From positions 64,001-128,000 of IMG/VR virus record IMGVR_UViG_3300042402_007915: a DNA stretch of 64,000 nt; one strand, 5' to 3'. This document shows, piece by piece, positions 16,354 to 25,245 of this stretch. Every line of letters begins with the position of its first letter. The first letter of the stretch is position 1. This stretch comes from a virus. The translations under genes were made by a program, and so were the position numbers. The notes under the pieces are model-generated. The model saw nothing but the letters and a program-made list of their open reading frames with translations. It had not been told where the DNA came from and ran no database searches.

Positions 16354-18771
16354 ATGTCTCTTGTCTCAGTTATCGCGCCAATTGAAATCCATGTCAGGTC
16401 TGAACTAGAAGACCAGCCGCTTATTGAACTGTTTCCCTTTAGGATGGACAGGGCTTCTTACTCTGCATTCGACACTGAAACCGATTACCTATCGTCGCAA
16501 GAAGTCTTGCTTGTCGAAGGCACCGCACACGACGAATGGGTTTCGGGCCATGTCCTCCCAGTTAAGTTCGAAGGCCTTAAGCTCTATGCAGAGAACGCCT
16601 TCTTTACTCACACCCCAGTTGTCTCTCCAGGTACAGTAAGCTTTTACTGGGATGAACGATATCTACCTGGAGAAGCTAGCGTTTGTGTTCTAGCCAGCAT
16701 GGAAGAACTCAGTGATATTGGCTATGAAGTGCAACTGCCAGAGGGAGCAATTGAATCCACGATTGTCGCAAGACTGTTTGTCCGAAATGAAGATGCAGAA
16801 GCCCTAACTCTTTTTAGGTGGGACTTTACCGATGAATTTACTGGTGTCCTAGAGGAAGGAGGTAGGCAGCCAACCATTGTAGACGAAAGCATTGTCTGGG
16901 AGTCCGTAAGTGATCGTCACTTTGAATGCCTGCTAGAAGAAGGGGTCCTTTACTTTAGCAACTCTCAGCACGTTAAAGTCGGCAAGACATACGAAGAGGG
17001 TGAGTCGAACATCATTGAATCGACTTGGGAGTACCACTACAATGCTAGTGCAGGAAGGACTGTCTTCACGAAGTTCTTCCCTGTTGAGAATGTGCAGGTT
17101 GCTACCGTAGACGGAGAGGTATTAACTTTCTGGGAAGAGGTTGAGAATCTCAACTTAGTAACAGATAGTACTAAGGCCTTCTCAGTTAATAGGGAACTTG
17201 GAATAGTAACCCTTGGGGGTTTTTCGAATCCTTCGCTTACGCTATCTGAAGACCTGACCGACAGCTCTAACTACATACCGTTTGTGTTTGCCGAACACCA
17301 CTCTTCTTATCCCAGCTACGGGGTTATTCAGATTGGGACCGAAAAGATCTTGTACGAAGAGAAAACCTCTCTAGGCTTCTCAAGTCTTGTTCGCGGATAT
17401 GACTCTACTACTGCAGCCGCTCACACAAGAGGGGACTATATTTCTGATAGCTCCCGAGGGGCTGTTGCGGAAGGAGAGCTTTACCTTAGTTACACTGCTG
17501 TCCCTAGGGTTGATTTTGAAGTGGCCGACAAAAGCAAGCTAGCAAGAAGAGGCCCTCGGCTTAATGTCAAGTCGACCGTATCTCCCTCCTCCTCTGGGGT
17601 CTTGCAAGTTGGAAGCAAAATCAAAAGCGTTTCTTCCTTGGTGCTTACGAGCGATTCTCCTTTAATTGGAGGCAACGTTTATGGACCAATCTATTTCGGA
17701 ACAGATGTAAGCAAGTTAACAGCTACTGCTCTTGATCGCTCTGGGAATCCGGTGGATGAAGTAGAAGTTACTATTGAAGTGCTGTCTGGAGCCGGATACC
17801 TTTCTGACGATTTGGCAATGACTGGTGGGTTCACCAACGCCGAAGGTGAGTTCTACGCAGACTACAGAAGCCCAGTAGACAGCATGGAGTCTTCTTACTC
17901 AGTTATGTCTATTACCCATGAGTCTGGAGGCACTACCATTAGAACCGAACCAATTGCAGGTTCTCTTCGCAACGAAAAGTTTTGGCTCTTCCAGGTGCTG
18001 AAGTGTGATCCCATCTATGGAACCATTGGAGTTAAGGCAAGAACAAAGCTTGCTGGGAGTACGAACGTCTTGGGAGCAAGTCATTCGATCTATATCGACG
18101 GAGTCTTTGGAGAGGTGTTCAATGGGGGCTACCTTGATGTTCTTAAGACCAACTTGGTTAAGCAACGCTTTACCGTCGTAAAGATGGACCAAGAGATAGT
18201 AGGCGGGCGGCTTGTAAGCCTTGCACACCTTGCAGAAGCTATTTCAGGCGGACAAATCATTAATCGTCCGTGCTGGTTGTTAGAGGAGGGGGCCGTCTCT
18301 TATGATTCAGACAATCCAAATGGTTTGATGCGCCTCGTCTATGAATGGTCTGAGGACGCAACGCACCCGATTACTGAAACGGCTGGAGCCTATATGCCAG
18401 TCTTTCCGGATACCGTATCCGCCTCTGCATTGGTCTATGAAGGGAGGAGCCTTCCTATTCCTGCTCCTGGTACAGATACAAACAACCTAGCTGCTTACAG
18501 AATTGTAGGTCCTAGAGAAGCTCTGTTAAGGGCTTCAGTGGTAGACCCTCTGACTGGGCAGACTATCTATTCTAACGAAATCAGACTTAAAGTTCTCATC
18601 GGTCCATCCTTGATTGGTGTTGATTTTAGTGGAGAACTTCCTATCCCGTACGGCTTAAGACTCTACACTGAAGAACATAATGATGGCGTTGCTATCGGCG
18701 GCGCAAACTTTTACACGATTAACCCTGAGGCTGTAGGGGCTTTGCAGCTTCCTCTTGCTGGAGTTATCTAA
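16354..18771 (+). CDS. Virion protein with Ig-like (Big-1 type) domain
   Basis: LTATALDRSGNPVDEVEVTIEV...TNAEGEFYADY; also VIQIGTEKI...RGYDSTTAAAH tail-protein module. Confidence 0.65.
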   Translation: MSLVSVIAPIEIHVRSELEDQPLIELFPFRMDRASYSAFDTETDYLSSQEVLLVEGTAHDEWVSGHVLPVKFEGLKLYAENAFFTHTPVVSPGTVSFYWDERYLPGEASVCVLASMEELSDIGYEVQLPEGAIESTIVARLFVRNEDAEALTLFRWDFTDEFTGVLEEGGRQPTIVDESIVWESVSDRHFECLLEEGVLYFSNSQHVKVGKTYEEGESNIIESTWEYHYNASAGRTVFTKFFPVENVQVATVDGEVLTFWEEVENLNLVTDSTKAFSVNRELGIVTLGGFSNPSLTLSEDLTDSSNYIPFVFAEHHSSYPSYGVIQIGTEKILYEEKTSLGFSSLVRGYDSTTAAAHTRGDYISDSSRGAVAEGELYLSYTAVPRVDFEVADKSKLARRGPRLNVKSTVSPSSSGVLQVGSKIKSVSSLVLTSDSPLIGGNVYGPIYFGTDVSKLTATALDRSGNPVDEVEVTIEVLSGAGYLSDDLAMTGGFTNAEGEFYADYRSPVDSMESSYSVMSITHESGGTTIRTEPIAGSLRNEKFWLFQVLKCDPIYGTIGVKARTKLAGSTNVLGASHSIYIDGVFGEVFNGGYLDVLKTNLVKQRFTVVKMDQEIVGGRLVSLAHLAEAISGGQIINRPCWLLEEGAVSYDSDNPNGLMRLVYEWSEDATHPITETAGAYMPVFPDTVSASALVYEGRSLPIPAPGTDTNNLAAYRIVGPREALLRASVVDPLTGQTIYSNEIRLKVLIGPSLIGVDFSGELPIPYGLRLYTEEHNDGVAIGGANFYTINPEAVGALQLPLAGVI

Positions 18772-20960
18772 TGGCAGACAAGCTTAAATCTGGTATCTCA
18801 GTTGTACCTACATTTGTAGATGGAGAGGCAGTCAGAGCTGCAAAGCTTACTGCTATTACCGCCCAGCTTCAGCGTGCAGTTTCTAACCTAGAGAAAGCGA
18901 TTGGGGACATTCATGATGAGTCCTTCCCCTATTCGTCTGCTGCTGAGGCAAGACTGTCACCCCCATGGGGACGGTCTCTAACTCTAAATGAGTCTTTCCT
19001 TGACGCTGGACGGTCTCTAGACATTGTGAACTTGGCGCGTTTTGTTGGTCCCGCATCAAACCTAAACCCTACCATGCCCGCTACATCTAGGACGATTGTT
19101 GAACCAACGCCAACAAGCGCTCATTGCTTCCAGCTTAAGTTTCCAGCCAACACTGTTACTTCAAGCACTGATGCATCATTGACTACAAAGGTTGCAAGTC
19201 TCAACCTGCTTAATGCGGCAGGCGAATACTTCTATGATGCTGATACGAACAGCATCTACTGTGTGACAGCAACAGCTGGTGGAACAATTACTTACACAAC
19301 TGTTCCGTACACCTACGCAGGTGGAGCAAACTATACTGGTGCCAGATTCAACGTCATCCCAGACCCAAATCAATTGCATGAGGGCGGAGACGGTTGCGAC
19401 GTCTCGGCTGAGCTTGACTCTGAAGGACGCCACCTTATTTCTCTCCCGGTCATCTCTCATACGCAGAGGAGCTTTTCGGAAGCAGATGTTGCTCTAACCA
19501 GCCTAGATCCTCTCTACCAAGACCAGCTCTTACTCCCCAAGGTACTAGTGGACAACTTTACAGCCGGGGATACGATCCCAGCTGGGTTCCTAATGCTGAA
19601 GAACTGGACTACTGGCAAGGTCTACGACTCGGCAACTTATACGTACATCGATTCTGAAAGCTTCTACATCTCAGGGGTTGACCTAGAAGAAGAGGTGGCC
19701 AACGGAGATCAGTTCATTACACTGACGGTCGGAACTGACATTACTACGTCCATTGACGACCTTAGAATGAAAATGGGCCTCCACTCTCACGATGGTCGGT
19801 TCGGGGAGCAGCACATTGAAGCTGGCACTATTACTGGTTGGACTACTAACGCTGGACCTAGTGGCGTTTACATGCCTTCCAGCATTGCCAACAACCATGC
19901 CCCACAGTATCTCCTTCGAGACGGCAAGCGTACAGATAACTCTCCCCTCAATGACGACAATGCCATGAGAGGAGATATTTGGTTTGGACTTACGGCGGGA
20001 ACTCCTGGAGCTTACCTTCCCCTCCTCTCTAGCGGCGAAAGCTATGGTGTTCGGTTTGGCGGTTCGGGATGGCGCATCTACAGAAACAGCTCTGACGACC
20101 TTGTCATTACAACCCCTGCGGATGACCGCGTAAAGATTGAGACTACAAAGAACGTAGCCTTATTCACTCCGGTGAAGATGTTTGCCGGCTTCAACATAGA
20201 GACGGTTGAACTAACAAGCGGTTCCAAACCAGATGGCCAATACTGGGGTAGTTACAGCTTCGAGGAAGAAGCTCATGGCATTGCCGGTCATAACGTAGAT
20301 GCCACCTTCTCTGGGATTTATGTAGGGCCAACTTCTAACGAGTGGGGCGTTGATAGACTTCCTGCTTGGGATATTGATCGTCATGGAACCGAACATAGTG
20401 TCAGGGCGGAACAATCCTGGTGTACTTGGCCAGGAAGTGTAAGCGTCGCTGGCACCGTTAGTGGGAGTGCCGCTGCTGACTATTGGGTGGTTCCTAAGAT
20501 TCAGATTATACACGTTGGTCTTCAGAGTCTGAAGGTAAACTTCAAAGACAGCGGCGGAAGTAACGCAGCTACTTGGGCTGATGTTCAGTACGCAGTAACA
20601 GATGCTATCCCGCTTCCATCAGGCCTAATGCATTACCACGTTATCGGCATCATGGGTATGCTTCATCAGCCCGATATCGGAGCTAACGCCTGGGAGACGG
20701 GCTACACAAACATTAGAGGCCAAGCGCTCAGCCATATTGCCTTTAGGATTGTAAGCGGAGAAGTATTCGCCACCATCGACTGTGACACTGGCTCGGATTC
20801 AAATAATCCTTACTACTGGTCCAACTGGATGGATGCGGAGGGAGATACGTCTGGCGACGCACCGAACTCCTCAAGCATCAACTATGTAGACGTGAAGATT
20901 ACGCTTCTCATTGCAGCTCCAGAGAAAACAGGAATCACGAATATCTACGAGAGAACCTAA
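18771..20960 (+). CDS. Putative tail fibre / receptor-binding protein
   Basis: 729 aa, Gly/Ser/Thr-rich; HSHDG and HAPQYLLRDG...MRGDI fibre-like motifs. Confidence 0.55.
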   Translation: MADKLKSGISVVPTFVDGEAVRAAKLTAITAQLQRAVSNLEKAIGDIHDESFPYSSAAEARLSPPWGRSLTLNESFLDAGRSLDIVNLARFVGPASNLNPTMPATSRTIVEPTPTSAHCFQLKFPANTVTSSTDASLTTKVASLNLLNAAGEYFYDADTNSIYCVTATAGGTITYTTVPYTYAGGANYTGARFNVIPDPNQLHEGGDGCDVSAELDSEGRHLISLPVISHTQRSFSEADVALTSLDPLYQDQLLLPKVLVDNFTAGDTIPAGFLMLKNWTTGKVYDSATYTYIDSESFYISGVDLEEEVANGDQFITLTVGTDITTSIDDLRMKMGLHSHDGRFGEQHIEAGTITGWTTNAGPSGVYMPSSIANNHAPQYLLRDGKRTDNSPLNDDNAMRGDIWFGLTAGTPGAYLPLLSSGESYGVRFGGSGWRIYRNSSDDLVITTPADDRVKIETTKNVALFTPVKMFAGFNIETVELTSGSKPDGQYWGSYSFEEEAHGIAGHNVDATFSGIYVGPTSNEWGVDRLPAWDIDRHGTEHSVRAEQSWCTWPGSVSVAGTVSGSAAADYWVVPKIQIIHVGLQSLKVNFKDSGGSNAATWADVQYAVTDAIPLPSGLMHYHVIGIMGMLHQPDIGANAWETGYTNIRGQALSHIAFRIVSGEVFATIDCDTGSDSNNPYYWSNWMDAEGDTSGDAPNSSSINYVDVKITLLIAAPEKTGITNIYERT

Positions 20961-23041
20961 TGGCTAAGCTAACCTTAAAGCTTCTTGCTAGTGGAGACGC
21001 CGATAACAAGATTGAGTTGTCGGCGCCGTTCCATGTTCACGTACATAACAATGTCGAGCAGTTCTCTTTCTCTAGGACCCTCAAAGAGGGACATGTACCC
21101 ATCGCCTACTTAGAGAATGAAGCAATCACACCTACCAAGAACTTGAGCCTAGTGGAAAGGTACTACGTTGCTCCTGGGTTCGTACCTGAACGTGTAGAAG
21201 ACCCCCTGAGGGCTGGTAAAACGTTTACAAGCGTCGCGTACAGCTCACCCTATAGACGAGTCCTCATGACAAACCAGACGGCCCAGAACGAACGTGGGAG
21301 ACTTGTACCGCTATACAAGAAACACCTTGTACCAACCGGAACAACAAGGGTTGAGATCCGCAAGGTCTCAACCGAAAACGATCCGAAACTAAATGCTGAG
21401 TTTAGATTTGACGCAGACACTTTGTCCGTCTTCAACAACTTCAAGAATCGCTTTGACACCGAGACTGAATACACCATTTACTTTGTAGACTGTTTTGGTG
21501 CGTATGGGAAGATTACTCAGATATTGAATAACGTCCCTGCGGTTTCAGAGGCAACTTGGGAAGACATTGACCTTGAGACTGGTGCGTTAAGAGAGGGGCT
21601 TTCCGTTTACACAGTAGAGAAGAACTCTGATGGCTACACTTTCTACTTGAACGTTGGAGACAAGTATTGGGTCAAAGCTAATGACGAGTACATGATTCGT
21701 CCAGTAAAACCCAAGACGTTAAGCTACAAAGACTCTTGGTATATGCAGTTCTCGGCTGGGGAAGTAGTTGATTTTCACAATGGCCTTACCATGCGGTATA
21801 GCGTTCCTGAGATTAGTACCCAGCCCTATACGCCCTATGCTCCTTACATGTTTGCAAGTCAACAGACTGGATTGCAGCTAGATGAAAGCCTGTTGTACCT
21901 TGGGAGAAAGAGATTGGCGATTAAGCCTGAAATGGGTCTCCACTTGGTAGTAAAACTGCTTGACGGCAATGGTCTCCTAAAGCGTGTCCTTACTACTCAG
22001 AGCTCCAAGAACGGATTGCCTTATAGCGGTGCAGTAAAGTATGAGTATGGTTCTATTGCGTCTTGGTCGAATGAAAGCGGCCTTGTCGTTCTTAATGAAC
22101 AAATCGGCACTAACACTCAGGTGGAAGCGTCCTTCTATTACGAAGCCGATCTTCTTAACTACACGGGTATCAATCTCAATCCCTTTACCGACTCTAGGAT
22201 CCTAAACCACACTATTGTGTTCTACATTGTTCCGAACGTCGTTGATGGAGAGCGGGCTATCCACCATCTGATTGTTGACTCTTCAGGGCGTATCGTTTAC
22301 TCCTCGCAAGGTCCGGGCGCAAGCTCTTATCCAAACCTGCAAAGACTCAACACTGATGAGTCTTTCAATGACAATACAGTTGTGGGTATGGCTTACCAAG
22401 ACGAAGAGGACGATTCCTTTTACGGCCTCTACTGCTTTGGCCAAGAGAACAACTTCGGGTATGTAGTCCTTGCAGAAGTTTCTTACCAAGACACTCAGCA
22501 CGTTAGCGATGTTAAGTCAGTAGATGTTCTTCCAAAAGGTGGTGTTCCTAAAGACAGAGTGTTCACGTATACACGTAACCCCAAACTCATTGAGTCAGCA
22601 AAGTCTTGGAGTCCTAGAGGAAGGAAGGTGGTGCGAAGTGGAGTGCTCTTAATAGAGGCGCCCCTTTCTCTTCTCCAGGACTATGGCGGCAGGCTCACCC
22701 TGCAAGAAGCAGAAACCCTGTTGACACAAAGAGTCGACATGTCAGTACTGCCTGTAATCGAGTGGACCTACCCTAAGTGCATAGTCAACGTAGATACAAC
22801 CGTTGAAAGTGAAGTTAGCTTTGCTTGCTCGTTCGAAGGTTTATACACCTACAACCTATACAGAAAAAACGAAGACGGTATATTTGACCTTTACGATAGC
22901 GTCGCAGTAACCGAACGAGGTGACATCAATTTTCTGGTTGATGAACTTAGCTCTGGGGCTGTAGAAACCTTCAGATTGTGTTTAAGCTATGGTGAGATTG
23001 AGTATCCAGCTTCTTGTGAAGTAACAGTTGAGGTGAAATAA
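20960..23041 (+). CDS. Hypothetical virion structural protein
   Basis: 693-aa coupled ORF in the structural operon. Confidence 0.6.
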   Translation: MAKLTLKLLASGDADNKIELSAPFHVHVHNNVEQFSFSRTLKEGHVPIAYLENEAITPTKNLSLVERYYVAPGFVPERVEDPLRAGKTFTSVAYSSPYRRVLMTNQTAQNERGRLVPLYKKHLVPTGTTRVEIRKVSTENDPKLNAEFRFDADTLSVFNNFKNRFDTETEYTIYFVDCFGAYGKITQILNNVPAVSEATWEDIDLETGALREGLSVYTVEKNSDGYTFYLNVGDKYWVKANDEYMIRPVKPKTLSYKDSWYMQFSAGEVVDFHNGLTMRYSVPEISTQPYTPYAPYMFASQQTGLQLDESLLYLGRKRLAIKPEMGLHLVVKLLDGNGLLKRVLTTQSSKNGLPYSGAVKYEYGSIASWSNESGLVVLNEQIGTNTQVEASFYYEADLLNYTGINLNPFTDSRILNHTIVFYIVPNVVDGERAIHHLIVDSSGRIVYSSQGPGASSYPNLQRLNTDESFNDNTVVGMAYQDEEDDSFYGLYCFGQENNFGYVVLAEVSYQDTQHVSDVKSVDVLPKGGVPKDRVFTYTRNPKLIESAKSWSPRGRKVVRSGVLLIEAPLSLLQDYGGRLTLQEAETLLTQRVDMSVLPVIEWTYPKCIVNVDTTVESEVSFACSFEGLYTYNLYRKNEDGIFDLYDSVAVTERGDINFLVDELSSGAVETFRLCLSYGEIEYPASCEVTVEVK

Positions 23042-23490
23042 TGGCGGCTAAAGATATCACATTTGAATTCGATGGGGATCCAATCCAGTCTCCCCAGGCC
23101 TTAGAGTCGGGGACTTCTGTTACGATTCACATTGTGAATTCAGGAGAAGAGGACCAAGCCACCCTTGGGATGTTTTTGGTACCCGCAGATAACCTCGGCA
23201 CTTGGGAAGATGCTTCCGAAGACGCTCCTGCAACGGATTACCAGACAGTTCTCACTTGGGGCACTAATACTGTCCTTGAAGAAGATACCCAGGGTGGTCT
23301 CAAGGTTACCTACCAAAATGGAGAGGGAGAAGTCACGACTTACTTTACAAGACTACAAGGCTCTCTTTACGAGAATAGGATCGAGCTGCTTGAGCTTGAG
23401 GTTGGAGAGTCACACGAGATTACCCTTGAGCTTGAAACCCCAACGGGAGAAGCTGCTAGAAAAATCTACGTAAGCCTAGCCGTGGAGTAA
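23041..23490 (+). CDS. Small acidic beta-sandwich virion protein
   Basis: 149 aa, coupled, GAGGTG upstream. Confidence 0.55.
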   Translation: MAAKDITFEFDGDPIQSPQALESGTSVTIHIVNSGEEDQATLGMFLVPADNLGTWEDASEDAPATDYQTVLTWGTNTVLEEDTQGGLKVTYQNGEGEVTTYFTRLQGSLYENRIELLELEVGESHEITLELETPTGEAARKIYVSLAVE

Positions 23491-23493
23491 ACC

Positions 23494-25245
23494 ATGAACA
23501 CAAGAATGACTCCCAAGTTCAGGGACGCTCAAGTTGCTGTTGTAGAAGAATATGTGAGAGGAAGGCGTAAGGGCGTTCTTGAACAGCAGGCTGGTAACGA
23601 GGAGATGAAGAAACGACTTCGACTCCTCGAAGGCAATCTTGTTACTGTACCTGTTCCGATGGATGGTCCAATTCGTGCTAAAGACCTAGACGAAGCTTTG
23701 ACGAGCTACCTTCTTCTCAACGGAAGCTTGGAGCGAGCCACGGAGTCCCATGTTGATTTTTGTTCGAAGCTTACAGAGAACGCTAAGATGCGCCTGGATG
23801 ACTTCGAAGTTAAGACGACAAGGGCTGAAGGTTTGGTTTTGGAAGTAAGTACCGAAGACGATGAGCAGACGCAGATTCATCTTAACCAGTTCCTCAACAA
23901 CAGAGACTTCGGCGATCAGATAGAAACCCCCATTACAGATCCTAAGACGGGTATTGTCTTCACGGAAGACCACCGTTGTTCTCCTCGTGGTCTTGGTGGA
24001 CTTAGACTTCCTGAAGCGGACATTGCCGAACTAAGGTTTGTACAAGCAGACATCAGTTATGAAGACACTTCGTTTTCGAACGTAAAGGCTCCAATCCCAA
24101 CCGATGACCCCGCCAAGGTGTTCCTCGAGAAAGCAGCCTTCAGGTTCAGTTCCTATCAGTCGAAAGACTGGAGAAAGACAAAGTCTAATGCAGCTTTGGG
24201 TTTGGTTTTGACGCTGCCTGGTTCCCAGCTAATCAACTCAATTAGAGTCAGAATGGGGTCGGCAAAGAAGACCGAAGTTGAGGAGCTTTACTTCGAGAAC
24301 GAATATGGCGAGTGGGAAAGTATTGAGGTGCATATACCAGTTGAAGGAGATAGCTTTGAGTTGCTATTTGCTCCAGTTACCACACGCCGGCTTAGGATTG
24401 TTTTTGTGCAGTACTCTCCGCTTTACGTGGGACCTCAAACCTTTAGTTTTGATAACAGAGTAATGCAGGAAGAAGTAGAGCATTACGAATTCGTAATCAA
24501 AGAGATTTGGGCGCGTAGGATCCAGTACAAGGGTCTTGGGTACTTTTTGAGCAAGAGCATGGAAGTAGAGCGGCCCCTCTCTTTCTCCCTCAAGGAAGCA
24601 GTGCTCGACCTAACAGGTTCACACGCAAGGTACTTTGTAAGTGATACTGTTACAACAGACACCTTAACTGATAAGTACCTACTCCTTACCTTGAGGGGAA
24701 GGGCGGGGAAAGAAAGCGAAGTCATCATTGCTGTACCTAGCAGCGCTACCGAAGCGGAGATGCTCCCAAGTACCAACCAAGCTAGTAGACTGAACTTCGC
24801 ACCACTCATCACAGAAACATCTGCTCCTGTAGTCAAGAACAGTTCTGGCGTCCTAGTGTTTGGTACTGACTACGAGATTACTTATAACGGCATTAACTGG
24901 ATTGGTGCGTACGACAGTACAAATCCATATATCAATGGAGACTTAACACCGGTAGCGACTTCAGCGCAAATAAGATTACTGGCTCCAGAATCCGGAGAGC
25001 TCTACTGGATTGAATACAAAGCTATGCCTAACCAGTATCTTGAGAAGTCTAAGAGATTCTTTCTGAAGAATGGTAGAGTGCAAACGGCGAAGAAAAATAA
25101 CCTGCTGGAAGGAGAAGTGAGAGTTCTCTACGTACTAAGATCTCTTTCTAACGATTTCTATCTAACACCCGTAATCAAGAATTACTTGCTGCGTGTAAGG
25201 GAAGGGAACAATGAGAACGAATCTTCTAGGCCAAGAGAGTCCTAA
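23494..25245 (+). CDS. Virion structural protein (paralogue trio, member 1)
   Basis: Helical N-terminus, jelly-roll-like LVLTL...INSIRV...FAPVTTRRLRIVFVQ, C-terminal TPVIKNY. Confidence 0.6.
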   Translation: MNTRMTPKFRDAQVAVVEEYVRGRRKGVLEQQAGNEEMKKRLRLLEGNLVTVPVPMDGPIRAKDLDEALTSYLLLNGSLERATESHVDFCSKLTENAKMRLDDFEVKTTRAEGLVLEVSTEDDEQTQIHLNQFLNNRDFGDQIETPITDPKTGIVFTEDHRCSPRGLGGLRLPEADIAELRFVQADISYEDTSFSNVKAPIPTDDPAKVFLEKAAFRFSSYQSKDWRKTKSNAALGLVLTLPGSQLINSIRVRMGSAKKTEVEELYFENEYGEWESIEVHIPVEGDSFELLFAPVTTRRLRIVFVQYSPLYVGPQTFSFDNRVMQEEVEHYEFVIKEIWARRIQYKGLGYFLSKSMEVERPLSFSLKEAVLDLTGSHARYFVSDTVTTDTLTDKYLLLTLRGRAGKESEVIIAVPSSATEAEMLPSTNQASRLNFAPLITETSAPVVKNSSGVLVFGTDYEITYNGINWIGAYDSTNPYINGDLTPVATSAQIRLLAPESGELYWIEYKAMPNQYLEKSKRFFLKNGRVQTAKKNNLLEGEVRVLYVLRSLSNDFYLTPVIKNYLLRVREGNNENESSRPRES